From assembly GCF_009914755.1 (NCBI RefSeq), contig NC_060930.1: a DNA stretch of 64,000 nt, one strand, 5' to 3'. The translations under genes were made by a program, and so were the position numbers. Origin of the DNA: the human T2T-CHM13v2.0 reference genome, Homo sapiens. Numbering within the stretch: the stretch's first letter is position 1; each line of letters opens with the position of its first letter. Under the pieces are notes generated by a model. That model worked only from the letters and a program-made list of their open reading frames with translations, was not told the origin of the DNA and did not search any database. Shown in pieces: positions 25,746 to 39,942 of the stretch.

Positions 25746-28700
25746 GGGAGAATGCACGTGCATCTCTTTGTTTTGGTGCAGGCACACACAAGTACACTGG
25801 AAGTCTTGGTTCTTTCTCATTTTACTTGGGTTGTCACCAGTTTCTGGCAGGAAATTCTGCCTCAGCTATCGGGGCCCAAGAGCCAAATGTGCTCCAAATC
25901 TGGGCCCTCGGTGACTGCAGAGATGCCACCCTTTCCTTTCAAATGCAACTGCCCTTGCTGGGGGAGGAATGTCCCAGGAAATTCTCTGAGTAACACTGTG
26001 TCTGGGACAGGTATCTGTGCTCCGAGGAAAGAAATAGTTTTCTAAATAGTTTGTTTTTGTCTCAGAAACCAGAGCCAGGAGCAATGACAGGGAGCCACTC
26101 AGTTAACGCCTAGAGGCCTTGCTTATTCTGGCTGCGATCACAGAAGGCTTCGGGCGATGATGAGGAAACGAGTGTGACCCTCTCAGGCTGGCTTCACAGG
26201 GTTAGCCGTTGGAGGAGAGAAAACCCACCCAAATTAGTGAAGTGGAAAGGTTTCATGAACTTCTCCAGTTTCAACAAGTGAAATCTGTGTGTTTGGGTGG
26301 GACTGGAGACAAGGGAAGATGAGGGAGAGGAAGGAGGAGAGAGGGAGAGAGACATCACATCCTATTGCATCTTCCCTAAAACCCAGAGTGCTTCGCAGCC
26401 ATGCTACAGGACGCCCTCACCATAAAGCAAATGTGGGGGATCATTTTAAATTAGTTGCCTCCCAAAAGGGACTGTTCTAAACAAAGGTGGCCGTGCAGCC
26501 TTGACCTTCAACAGGGAGTCCCAACACTTTTCCAATTGCCTCAAAAGCAGAGATTCTGGAAAACCAGATGCAACAAGATGCCCCAAGACTCACAGCCTGA
26601 AGACTGCGGGGAGCCTTTGGGCCGATGGGGCCGCTTTTATAGGACATGTTTGTGCCACACCAGGTAAGAGACCACCTGGGACGTCTATGTGTGTGGGGAG
26701 AGGACACGCGCAGCTGCATGCTGTCGGAGCTGGAAGGAACTGCAGGGACCATCAACCCCACCTTCATTTCCCAGAGAAAAGGAGGGACAGGGCCCATGGC
26801 TGTGCAGCTGGCCACAGCCCAGTAGGGTCTAGAACTCAGAATCCGGACAACCCCCATGCCACTGTGGGCCGCAGACCAGAAGCTCACAGAGCTGGGGCCG
26901 TGGCCTCCTGGATCCTGCTCTCACACATCCTGCTGCCACACCAACACCAGAGAATCCACCGCTTCTAGCAGGAGGACGGCCCGCAAACGCTCAGGGGAAA
27001 GGAAAAATCAGGCCTGATTTCTTACGGAGTTGGAAAAAATTAAGAAAAGCCCATTTTGCATTTTGAAGACCAAAAATGTCGTGCTAACGAAGAATGAGAA
27101 GAGCAGGGCCTTTTTTTCCTCTTTTTAAGATTAAGGGTAAATCGCATCCTCACTAAATAAGAGAAGCTCATACATGGTCTTCTCAGAAACCCACAGAGAA
27201 GGAATGGGTTTGTGCTTCCACATTCGGGAAGGGAGGACCCAGGCCTCTGCGACAGCTGCACTGCTCTCTGGCTGGTCGGGTGCCAACTAGAGCCGACTCC
27301 TGCACACATAGGGTCCCGGGACAAGCCCTTGTACCTTGGAACAGAGCCTCACTCAAACAGAAAATGATGAACACAATTTTACAGTCTTGTCATGAAGATC
27401 GGAGGAGATGACAGGTGCGCATGCTTGGCAGGTGTGAAGTGCTAAGAGAATGCAGGACTGTGCAAGTCACTAGCAGAAAAACACTTTGTGAACAAGAATT
27501 CTGGGTAAGCGCACAGAAACAGCATGACGTCCATGTCCACAGGCAGAGCCCGTGCATCTGAGCAGGCACTGCGGGGGCCAAGGCGTGACATGCCCGCAAA
27601 CCTGTGCTGTCTTTTCTGCTTTACCACTTGACAGGGAAAATGGATAGAGATGAAGCAGGAGCACCAAGGGTCAGGCTCGACTCAACTCCACACACTTCAG
27701 GGCAAGGAGCTTTTCAGAGCACCTTAAAGAACAACTACAATTCCTTCAATTCACTTTAGTTCATGCATATTCACCAGGGGCTCTGCGTGGTCCGAGAGCT
27801 GGACACAAAGATGAGCCAGACACAACCTCTGCCTTCGTGGATCTCATCACTTAGTGAATACCTGTGGCCGGCCCAGCTGCCTGGCCAGTAAAGCCGCCAC
27901 TCCAGCCCTCATTTCCTTCCTCCAACCACAGATGCTTGTTCTCCTGCCTTCCTTACGGTGCCATATGTCACGAGTGCCATGAGACAGGGTTCCAGTCAAC
28001 AAGAAGTACAGAGAACTCCCAGGGGCTTCCAGAAAAGCTTTGTTTTTGTGAAAAAGGGGACAGAGGCAGCTGGCCTCATCCAGTTCCTTTTTCTCCTGCA
28101 GTGAGGATGTGATTCCAGGAGGTGTTGTAGCCGCATTGCCATCACAAGGCACCGAGGATAAGGATGAAAAGGCAGTGCACTGAGGATGGGAAACAGAAGC
28201 CACAGGAAGATCTGGGCTCCTGACAGCAGTAGTTCAGCTGCCAGTGTCTACAACTCATCCACCACCACGTGGTGTGTTAATAAGAGAATGAAACCGTGAT
28301 TTGGAAAACTAAATTAATTGAACAAAAAAATTAAAATTATTTAAAGGTTCTATTCCTTGCAGCTAAAAGCAATTCCTATGGATACATCTGTTTTCATAAG
28401 TGAATTTCGTAAGTTTCTTGTTTGACCTGCTTTGAAGTACTGTCACGAGAATTCAAGTCAGATAATGACTACCTTAGTGCAGTGCCAAGGCATCTTCTCA
28501 TCCTCATCAACAGCACCGTGCCGGGGGAAACCTGAGGCTCGAAGAACGACCTGTTCTCCTGGTTCATTAGAAATCCGCCCAGGCAGGGGAACGTCGGAGC
28601 TGTCCACCCACCCTCTGCCACCACCCATGGGGCCTGCCTTCCAGGGCTGTGTGGGGGAGGCTGTGCTTACACCCAGCAGCATAGAGAATGAGGGGAGGAG

Positions 28701-29779
28701 AGCCACAGACACAATAAAGGTGCAACCTAGGGTCACGGAAAAGAACAGCTCTGGACCAGACACTGAAAAGGCTGATGAAATGAGACCAGGGGCTCCAGAC
28801 ATGGGCAAACTTCAGAGTTGAGAGATGAGTGGAAATGGCATGCAAAGATGCTTCTGTGCATTTTGTGGCAGTTTACAGCATTGCAAACTCGATTCTAAGG
28901 CAGGCGTGTCCTGAAGTGGGTTGAGATCTGCTGAGCTGGGGAGCAAGCCCCTGCCAGCGAGCCCCTGATCCCCTCCAGCTGGGAGGGTTACTTCCTCCCA
29001 GAAGGATTACATCCACATTGCTCTTAGGGCTGACGGACACTGCAATGGAAGGGACTCAATTTAATTCACAATCTGGAAGACTCAGATCAGAAACATGACC
29101 TTTGACATAGCATTTGGACAAACCAGGGCACCGCGATGCATTGGCTTAGCTGAGACACGCTTCTCAACTTGCATCTGTCTCCAAACACGCCCTCAGAGTT
29201 AAGAAACACCGCCTCCCCCACCTCCCCAGACGCACGGTGATGAACGGGGGGGTCTGTAAACAAAAGGCCAGACCACACCCAGATTTGGGAAAACTGCAGT
29301 GAAACGGCAACTTCGGGACACAGGGTGGGACACAAGCCCTTCCTGCCTTGCCCAGCCCAGGCTGTCCCTCTGTCCAAGGCTGCATCTCCCACCACTGGGA
29401 CCCCACCCTCAGGGGGTGAGGTCTTGCCCATGACAGGCCCTGTGTGGATAGGGACTCTGGGCACTAAGGGTGAGCGCTGAGCCCTTGCTGCGTTTCCTGA
29501 GCCGAGTCACTGTGTAACCGTGGGTGTGCACCAGGACCAGCGAGTGAAGGGCCAAGGTGCAGACAGCTTTAGGAGCTGCACATCTCTTGGAAATGTGGCT
29601 GTGACCCTGGCTAACGACGACCGTCACCACTGATGAAAAGGAGGAGTCCTGATGACTCTTGGTTGGAATCTCAGGTCCCATCTGGGACTTTGCTGAGGGG
29701 GTCCCAGTAACAACAACGTGGCAAAAATTGTTTGGTCAGTAGGTTCCTCTAAGCCATGAACCCCACACACAGCTGTGAG

Positions 29780-29825
29780 CACACACACACACATGTGCAC
29801 GCACACGCATGAACACACACACACA
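29780..29825. repeat. Interrupted (CA)n
   Basis: Direct reading of the sequence. Confidence 0.8.
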
Positions 29826-30324
29826 GTGCCCCTGTGTGTGCTGCAGCATGGGCCCTCTGTCCTGATCAGGCGTCCTCCCCTCTGGTCCTGAGTGCTCTCC
29901 ATCCTGGGCCTCCCATCTCATTGTCGCCCCCAGCTGGCATCTCAGTGACTTGGGGCTGCTCTGCTGGGGCCTTCAGCTTTGTCCACAGCACTGTTGGTGA
30001 ATACCCCTCTAAGGAAGCTGCCTCTGTCTGGGTGACAGTTCCCCAGCCTCTCAGACCCTTGACTGGGGACAGCGCTATAAAATGTGTGCAGTGACCTGCT
30101 AGTTAGTTTTCATCCAATGCACTGGACACAGTCCTTTCCACAGACACCAGCATGGGGCCCTGCCAGGTGGCATTGGGGGCTGGGTCCATCGGTGTCTCCA
30201 TGTGCCCTGGCATGGATGCACTGTGGTGTGGGTGGCACGGGCTCCGCTGCGGGGTGAGTCTACACTCTCCAGCCATGTGGGCTGCAATTCAGTCTAGACC
30301 CTGGCCCTTCCATGTCAGTAACAG

Positions 30325-30495
30325 CAACGTGGAGATTCTCAACAGGGGGACTTTGCCAATGTCAGGAGACGTTTGATCATCACGGGGTGGGGGTGGGGAT
30401 GCGCTAAACAGCCTCAATGCATGGCGCAGCTCCCAAAACAAGAATTAACCGGCCCAAAATGCAGACGGTGCAGAGCCGTGGCCGAGACACCGTCC
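30325..30495. mobile_element. MER20-like remnant
   Basis: ttctcaacaggggga...caatgtc.ggagac...gatgc.ctaaaca.cct.aatgca...caagaatta.ccggcccaaaatg. Confidence 0.6.
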
Positions 30496-30829
30496 TCCAG
30501 CCCCAGGCTGTGGTGTGGACGTTTCATAATTGATTCAATGATTTCCTTATTGATTGATGCTTACTTCATCTTCAGGTCTTTGTTAAACAGGAAGACCTTC
30601 GGCAAACACCGTTTATTTGTACCCCTTTTACGCAGGTATGGCTATTTCTGTTGGAGAGATTTCTGGAAGTAACACTTCTGGGCAAAAGGGTGCATACATT
30701 TAACATTCTGATGGTTTTACCAAGGTGCTGAAATGTTGCAGGGATTTACTCTCCTGACACACACCCACGTGCCCTGGGCTTTCTGGATTGGCCTGCAGTG
30801 ACTGGCAGACAGTGACGGCAGAACACCCT

Positions 30830-30917
30830 GTGACATCACCCATGCCACGGGGAGCTCACCGTGTCACCTGCTCTGACGTCACCAGTGCCACGGGAGCTCA
30901 CTGTGTCACCTGCTCTC
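30830..30917. repeat. Tandem duplication of about 42 bp
   Basis: tgac.tcacc..tgccacgg(g)gagctcac.gtgtcacctgctct occurs twice in tandem. Confidence 0.75.
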
Positions 30918-31665
30918 CTGGTAGCCACGCTCGGCATGCAGAGGTGCTCGGTGACAAGGAGGAATTGCTTTACTGTGTTGTGTGGAAGAATGAAAACAGG
31001 CTGAGTGGACAAAGGCGCTGACAGTGGGTTATCACCGAGAGGTCTGTAGAGTGGAATAAAATATCTGCTTACACAGAGGAGAACTGCCTCGGAAATACAA
31101 CTATGGGACATCTTTATATGAAGTAAAGAATTACTATGAAGATGAATCTGCAGGAAGGAAGAGTGGTTTACGTGATAAAAATCTGGATTAGAAGTTGGAT
31201 GTAAATGTGTTTAATTAGGTGAATACAACTATGACAATTCATTACAAGATGAATCTCATGGGGATTAGTACTCAGTACTTTAAATACATCAATGTTGATT
31301 TTTAAAAATCACCTTAACTCCTTTTTTCTAAGATCACAGTTATACTTCAATTATCTCACATTGTGAAATATGACTGTGGAGTAGGAAGGTACTTTTGATT
31401 AGCTTCACTTTCAATCACTGAAGGATTGCAAATGAATGCAAAAGTTCCCTGCAATGGAAGCTGATGTGGGGAAGAAGTTAAATGGGTCCTTCTTTCTTTG
31501 GGGTTAAGGCATGCAGAGAGGAAAATCTAGTATTTTTTCCGAAATGAAGTATTTCCTGATTTAACTTTTGCCTTCCCCTCTGGTATGTCTTCTATCTATG
31601 AGGTTAGAGTTTAAAAAAAAACAGAATTTAATGTGTTCCTTTCGTTTTCTTGTTAAAATAACCTG

Positions 31666-31852
31666 AAACACCCTGCTCCAGTTGCTGTCTAAACCGTAAA
31701 CACCCTGCTCTAGTTGCTGTCTAAACCGGAAACACCCTGCTCTTGCTGCTGTCTGAACCGAAAACACCCTGCTCCAGTTGCTGTCTAAACCGGAAACACC
31801 CTGCTCCTGCTGCTGTCTGAACCGGAAACACCCTGCTCCTGCTGCTGTCTGA
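31666..31852. repeat. 32-bp minisatellite, about 5.8 copies (aaacaccctgctccagttgctgtctaaaccgg)
   Basis: Direct reading; it produces the repetitive ORFs 31561..31866 and 31721..31915. Confidence 0.95.
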
Positions 31853-32355
31853 CTCTGAGACAACACGGCCGCGCCAACTCGCTAAGACCGGCCCAGCCCA
31901 CGGAGTAATCCTCAATACGCTGTCACATACACGAAAAGAAAATCAATCAGTAGTTAAAGTAGATCCTGATTTTAATAGATGTGGAGGTTTCTCAATTTAG
32001 GGAGAATTAAATTAGAAGCAGCTTTTCAACGGTTCTGTCCTTAGCTTAGAGACTTTCAAAACTCAGGGAAGTCAGATTGGTTGAAGGATACTACCATTTT
32101 GGGTAAAACCAGTGGCTTTTAGAAAACAGCTTATGGTATTTTGGCAGCAACTATGTGTTTTAGAAGCTGTGAAGGGGCCTTTTTTCCTGGAGCTCAGATG
32201 GCACTGGTACTATTTCAACCTCTAGGTGAGGTCTGTTTTCAGTGACCTTGGTTGGCATTGGGCCGGAGCAGGAGGGTGGCCCTCCACATCTCCACTGTAG
32301 CTTGCGGGGCAGCGCCCTGCACGTTCCCGTGGTGGGGTGTCCCGGGGAATCTTAC

Positions 32356-32444
32356 CCAGCCGGTTGCAGGGGTTCCGTTTGAAGAGAGCTCGCAGCAAAC
32401 TCTGTGCCTCCCCACTGAGGAACTGCGGCATCCCCAGCTTGGCT
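32356..32444 (-). CDS. RPS6KA2: RPS6KA2 coding exon (~exon 10), 89 nt: [29 protein letters not shown](G)
   Basis: Minus strand reads ttttcag|AGCCAAG...CGGCTGG|gtaaga, inside ORF 32222..32455. Confidence 0.97.
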
Positions 32445-32547
32445 CTGAAAAACAAGATCCTATTTTAGGATCTATTTTAGGAGAACAAGGACAAGCTATA
32501 AAGAGGGCCCCAGTCAGCATTCAGAGACCTCAATCGCAGTCACCCAG

Positions 32548-33010
32548 AGCAGCCCGTGCTCTACCACGTGGGTCTTAGGACCCTTTTATGCTTTAAAAGT
32601 TACTGAGGACACCAAAGAGCTTATGTTTATGTGGGTTACAGCTGTGATATTTACCACAGTAGAAAGTAAAGTGAGAAATTTGTATAATTTCCATTTCCTA
32701 ATTCACTTTAATAAATTTTTATTAATAAACATTATTTAATAATAAAATCATTAAAAAACAATAACACTCCCATTAACACAAATAACATTGTTAATGGAAA
32801 TTATCTATGTTTTCTCAAACATACATATAAAAAAGTCTTTAGTGGCATTGTTCTGCACTTGGGTGCGTCTCTTCCTGGCTCATAGGAGACAGCTGGACCC
32901 TGTGCTCGGTCTGTTGCGATGCTATGAAGAAAACCTGCGAGAGGAGGACCTGCAAACCCCGGGAGGGTCTCAGGACCACCGGAGTCCTCAGAGCACACTG
33001 AGAACCCCAC
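32548..33010. mobile_element. hAT DNA transposon remnant (possibly Arthur1-like)
   Basis: ggtcttaggacccttttatgc...gaggacaccaaagagcttatgtttatgtgggtta at one end and gcacactgagaacc at the other. The family name is from memory only. Confidence 0.5.
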
Positions 33011-34193
33011 GCGCAGAGCCTAGTGCTCCCTCCAGAAATTCTCCATCCCTCCCAAGTGGAATGCCCTGAGGCCACACCCGTGACTTGCTGTCAGGGATTA
33101 TTCCAGCTTTAGCAAAAGTAAAGAACATGTCCTCCCTTAAAATTCAAACAATGAGAATCACTGCAAAGGTCCTGACTTGCAGCTCTCAGTGTCTGCTGCA
33201 ATTCAAGGTCCCTTGATGGAGGAAAAGGCTGATTAAATAAAAAGACACTCCTTAGCTTGACAAAAGGGTCCTCACAATGGGGCTTCCTTCACTCCCCTCT
33301 CTCCTTCCATCTACATAAGGACCGAGCTTACAAAAGCTGAGCTGGTGGTGTTTTAGGTGATTCTCAATTTTATAAAAGTTATGTGTCCATTTGCAAGCAG
33401 AGTTGGCAAGAGCAGCTCATGAGGACAAACAGCTTTATGACTCCTCCACCGAGTGGCCTCACTTAGGAAGGAACTGATTAGGGGCTCCCAGCCTCTCTGT
33501 TTCCTGCCCTCCTGCTGTCTGCTCTGGGACAGTGATAGTCAGTGGTGTCTGCTCACATTTAGGATGCTATGGCAAGGTGGTATGGGGATCAGGCTTCTTC
33601 CTACAGTCCAAGAGCAAAACCTTGGCTTAGTAAATGATTTTTCATGAGAATTAAGCAGAAAATGGTTTGTATCCAGTCACATGGTAAAACGATACCGAGT
33701 CCTGCCAAGGTCAACCAGGAGTGCTATATGAATGGGGTCAGCAGGTGGGGAGGGAAAGGAGACCCCTGCTCCTGTGATCTCTCCGGACAAGGCCCTGGAG
33801 GCCTTGTGTCTTTTTCCGTCTATCCTTTACTTCTGGGAGGTCACCAACCATCACGCTTGAAAACCAGCCACTACACATTCTAAGTGACTTACTGATGGAA
33901 AACTATCTATGGTAGAAGAGTTCATCAGAACCACTCAGCAGGATGAGACAAACCAGCAACTGCTCCCTTGACCCACTGTCATTAGAATGCCCAGCACCCT
34001 ATTACCACTGCTACTGGCGGACGAGCGCTACCATTTTGTGTAAAACCAGTGACTTTTAGAAAACAGCTTACAATACTTTGGCACTGTAAGCCTAGCAATG
34101 TAATTAAAACTTCACAGTTCCAGGTTCAGAGGCAGCAGCTCTTGATATCAGAAGGTGCTCGCAGGTCTCTGGGGTGGCTCCCACACTACTCAC

Positions 34194-34264
34194 TTGAGGA
34201 TGAGAGCCATGGTCTCCTTCCTGTCCTTCCCCTGGAACGGCAGGGACCCCGTGAGCATCTCAAA
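34194..34264 (-). CDS. RPS6KA2: RPS6KA2 coding exon (~exon 9), 71 nt: [24 protein letters not shown]
   Basis: Minus strand reads ctgcag|TTTGAGATG...CTCAA|gtgagt; this is the C-terminal part of ORF 34190..34381. Confidence 0.97.
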
Positions 34265-35998
34265 CTGCAGAGCAACACAGAGCACAGTGAGTTCATTCAT
34301 CCAGATGGACCCGGCTTCACGGCAGAGTACCCCAGCAGGGCAGCCTGCTACCGTGTCCATTTCCTCATGCAAAATCTCCATCAGTCAATTGTAGCCACTG
34401 GCCTACGTGCTTGGGGTACAACAGTGACTAAAACTGCCTCGCAGAGCTTGCCATTTGGTGGGTGAGACGGGTAAATGACAGATGTGGTAGATAATCACAC
34501 TCTGTGGCAGGCCAGCAGGCCCCGAGTACGACAGAGAAAAGAGGCAGAGCAGGGTCCTGTGGTCAGGCAGTTTGGACGAACACATCTTACACGCGGTTTA
34601 GGAACCTGTCCTGCCCTGGCAGGTGTTGTGGAAGGGATGAGCTAGGAGGAGGAGGAGGAGAACAGCTAGCTCATGTTGAACACCCATGCATGCCTGGATG
34701 GTGGGGGCTAGAGTGCTTCCAGCATGAGATAGACCTGACCACAGCCATTAGCCTCTGACGAGGACAATATGGCACAGCAACCTCTCAGATACAGCTGCCG
34801 CACCCTACATCCTTATTTTGTTATTACTGGACACCTGCCAGGACGGAACTTGAGATAAGGAGGGGATGGAGCACAGCCTTGTCTGAGCATGGGTTTCTTT
34901 CTTGCACCAACTCCCCCGGGCACATGCAGTGGTGATTACACACACTCTGGAAGCAGTGGCCTGGAATGGTCTCATCAGAGCAAGGTGCACAGCTGACCGC
35001 TTCTCACAAAAGAAACTAGGGCTGCAGCAGGAACCAATCTTTTCATAAAATAAGACCCTGAATCTAAGTGGAATGTGCCCAAGGATCAATCCTACTCGGT
35101 GTCTTTCACGTCAGTTTAAATTACGGGGAAGCAGGTGTTTCCATGGTCTTATTGAATTCTCTCTCATCTTTATTTTTTGCTGCGTGTGTCTCTGCCCTTT
35201 TAGAATTCATCCTCCAGCATTCGTCCTTTGCAGTTCGAAAATCTCAGGAGATACACAAAGTAGAAAGACCAAAAAAATCACGCAGAATTCCATTACCCAA
35301 AGATATCCAAACTTAACATTTGTTAGTTCCTCCTAGTACTTTTTTCAAGCTGTTTTTTATTTTGTTTTAAAAACACAGATAAGGTTTTGTATACTAACTT
35401 TTCACAGAATAATATAAAACTTTCAATGGTTATGATGAAATCTTTGTAATATCACTTAACAAACATGGATATGACAAAATGTATAGTGAGTGTATTTGTT
35501 GCTGTACACTTAGGACATTTCCAATTTTCTGCTATTGTAAGTACTACTGAAATGTGCACAGATGATTTCCTAAGATTTATTCTTATGATAGGCTGCTAGG
35601 AGTGAAATTATAATCTTAAAGAAATGAATGCATTTAAGGTTTTATTAATATTACCAGTCTGCTTTCTGAAAACAACATTATAAAAGAAATGGAAACTCTT
35701 CCACCAGTTCTGACGTTTGAAGCCTGTTCTGTCACATTAAAATGTGCTGTCCATCCGGTGCACAGAGTAAGTGAGGGAACTCAGAGCAGACAGGCTGCAG
35801 GCAATCAATCAATACAAAAGTAATAAAAAGCAAGCGGAAGGGGGTCCAGATGAGAACTGAAAAAGAGACAAGTGTAATTAAACAGGAAAGGCCAGAATGC
35901 TCTGACTGGCAGATGAGCTGTTTGTCTGGTAAAACAGGATGAAAGTTTATAAGCTGATCATACACACTGAAATATCTCTCAGAATAGAATGGTATTAG

Positions 35999-36653
<655 letters not shown>

Positions 36654-37221
36654 TAGGAGGTCCCCAACCATCTACTCAGCCAGAGAACACCCAGCACAGC
36701 ACCCATGAATATTCAACAACTGCTTCTTGGTGATGAAGGTGCTGCTGACGGTGGGGATGATGCTGGGGCGGAGGTGTGGACTTTGCAGCCTCCACCAGCC
36801 ATGGGGTTCTGCTGCCTTTCCCATCCCCTTATCCACCCTTTTCTGTGGAGAAGGGAGATCATTTCAGTATGATTGTCTGAATGGAGCTGCCCGGGAACTT
36901 TCCAGTGCCGAAGCATTACTGACTGAGGTTTTGCTGATGAGTTTCTTGGGACGTTATTTACAGTAAGACTTTTGCTGTGTTGCTGAGCAGCACTGAGACT
37001 TGCCAAGGCTTCCGGGGTGAACTGAGAAAAGCCGAGGTTCATCTTGGGGTTCCCACAGTCAAGTACACGCACCGGGGGAGGGAGGGCACTCCAAAGGATT
37101 CTTTCCCAATCGGCACCGAGACCAGGCTGCAGACAGGCACAGAGGGGCTCAAGGAGATGTAGCCAAAGCTCCACCGGGTGCAGGCCCGATGCTTCTGGGA
37201 AGGTAACTGGACAGACATAAC

Positions 37222-37410
37222 GCAGTGCTTCTCAACTGGGGTCACCGTTGCCTGCCAGGGGACATTTCCGGCTGTCATGCCCGGGAGCCCTGGTGCTACA
37301 GGCGTCCACTGAGGGAGGCACAGATGCTGCTAAACATCCTATGACACACAGGGCGCCCCACAACAAGGAAGTGTCCAGTCCCGACCTCAACAGTGCTGGC
37401 TGAGAAGCCC
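37222..37410. mobile_element. MER20 DNA transposon
   Basis: cagtgcttctcaactgggg...gatgctgctaaacatccta...ccccacaacaa...gagaagccctg, with terminal inverted repeats. Confidence 0.75.
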
Positions 37411-39592
37411 TGTCTAAAGGGACAGCTAAGGAACCTGGAAAGCGTGGCGGCCCCGGCACAGGCAGGATGCGCCTCATGGAGGCCAGTGGTACTGGGGGCA
37501 GGGGAAGGAGGAGACTCTGGGGAGACCCTTGGTGACAGGAGCCTCGATTTCAAGTTTACTTGGCCGATCACCATTCTTAAAAGGGCACCAAAAGCAAGCT
37601 AACATTTTAATCTGAAAACAGGCGAGGACAAGCCCTGACCTGAGATGGATGACTTGAAGTGGTAGAGGGCCTGGCTTTGCAGGGTATGGAGGGGCTGGGT
37701 CTCGGAGAGCTGTGTTGATCCATGCCCATGTGTGGAGGTCCCTGTGTGCACAGACACATGCCCTCTAATCCGAGCTGCTCTCGCTCCGTGTGCTGCACCC
37801 CACTCCGAGTGCCAAGAATCTCAGTCTCAAAACAGCCTTGGAAGGTGCCGTTCCTCACAACCGTCTACAGATGAATGGTCCAGTGGCAAGCAGCAGAGCC
37901 TGAGCTCAGAACCATCCGTGTTTGCTATGGTGGCATAAGGACACATCACATGGCACCTGAGGCGGGATGTCCAGAACATTCCGTGCCCGTGGTTAAGAAA
38001 CGGGAGAAGGATAAAGTGGTCTCACGAAACCAGAGTGCTCAAGAGATGCTTTAGATGTTTACAAAACAGCCCAAATATCCTTCTAGAAACTGGCTCCAGC
38101 CTGGCGTAGAGGAGTGCTGGAAATTCTACAAATGTCACCACGCAGCCGGCCACCAGGTTTGCACGTTCTTCTCCAGGTACCAGCTCCTAATTTCAGACAC
38201 GGAATTTTATTCAGGGACACTGACTTCCTGCCCCTGGCACAGGCATCCTTCCTTCCAGGTCTGGGGAGGGCACTTGTGGATGCTGCTCCTCGGGAAGAGA
38301 TCCCAGCACACATCCACCTCCAGGGGACGGACGGCCACCCACACATGAGGACCACTCCCTCAGCACGCGGCCTCCAGGGTCTCAGCCTTCTTTTAAAACA
38401 AGGCCCCTCACACGCACAACGGCTCTGCACCGATCCGCTTACAAGGCTTGGGTAAGATACGACTTCAAAGGTCACCCGAGGCCCATCTCTTAGCTGCAAA
38501 TGAGAATTCAGAAGTCACTTCTGATGCCACCCACGGACGTGTGGGAAGCGTGGGGCCTCCACAGTCAAGACCTTTGCCTGTGTGCAGCCAGTCACCACGT
38601 GGGCGGGCGGCACTAAATGAGAATGTGTTTCTGGGACTATTATGTGATCTTGAGCCCGACACTTAGGCTCTTTCAGCTTTAGTTTTCATTTCTGTGCACA
38701 GAAAGAATACCGTCTTTCCTGCCCGGCTTGGAGATTGTTGGGTTGAGATCAAATGTGAAGATGGCCAGGCAGCCTTAGCTTGTGGTCACCACGGCAACAG
38801 CCAGCCCTGCCTCGGGCTCGAGAGTGACACAGCAGTTCTGGAGCCGGACCCCTTCCCCAGCTGTCACGAGACATTGAATGCGGGACGATCCCAGCAAACA
38901 AGTGAACAATTCAGTAAGAAATGTCCTGTGCCCAGGGAGGCACGTGGGAGGAGAGTGCCTGCTGTGTTGACGTGCCGGGCAGCGCTGGGCCAGGCCTCCT
39001 TCAGAAGCTCTCAATATCATCTTCTTCACACTCCAGGGACAGGGAGGGTGGGGACTCCAGGATGGGTGAAGGCTGCCGGGCACTGGGTCTGGGTGTGAGT
39101 GCCTCTCTGCTTCCACCCTGTTGTCTTCACTCCCTCATGGGTCCCTTGGAGGCCTGGCCAGGTGCAGGCACTTTTGTCTGTGCTGGGGCATCTTGGGTAA
39201 GGTGACTGGTGTTTAAGAAACTCCACGTGCCAGGAGACACTCACAGAGACAGACAACGACAATAAAAGATGGCAGACGTTAGAGCAGTGGCAAGCCAGGA
39301 GTGCTGAGAAGACACCGAAGCCAGAGCCACCAGCCAGAGCCACCAACCCGGCCAGGGTCAGCAAAGGCCACTGGGAGTGGTGCTTCTGTCTTAGGGCTGA
39401 TGGTGGAAGGGGACCGGGGGGAGTTTGCTGGAGCAAGGCGAGCCCGACGTGGTCTCATTTCCTCTTCTTCTGGCCCCTCGTCGTGTCTCCATCTTTGGAT
39501 CATTCCTCTTCTGTCTCTTCTGTTCTCCTATTTCTTTTTCTTTCAGCTTCTCCATTTGTCTTTTCGGTTTGCAGTGATTAAGACCAGAAGAA

Positions 39593-39942
<350 letters not shown>

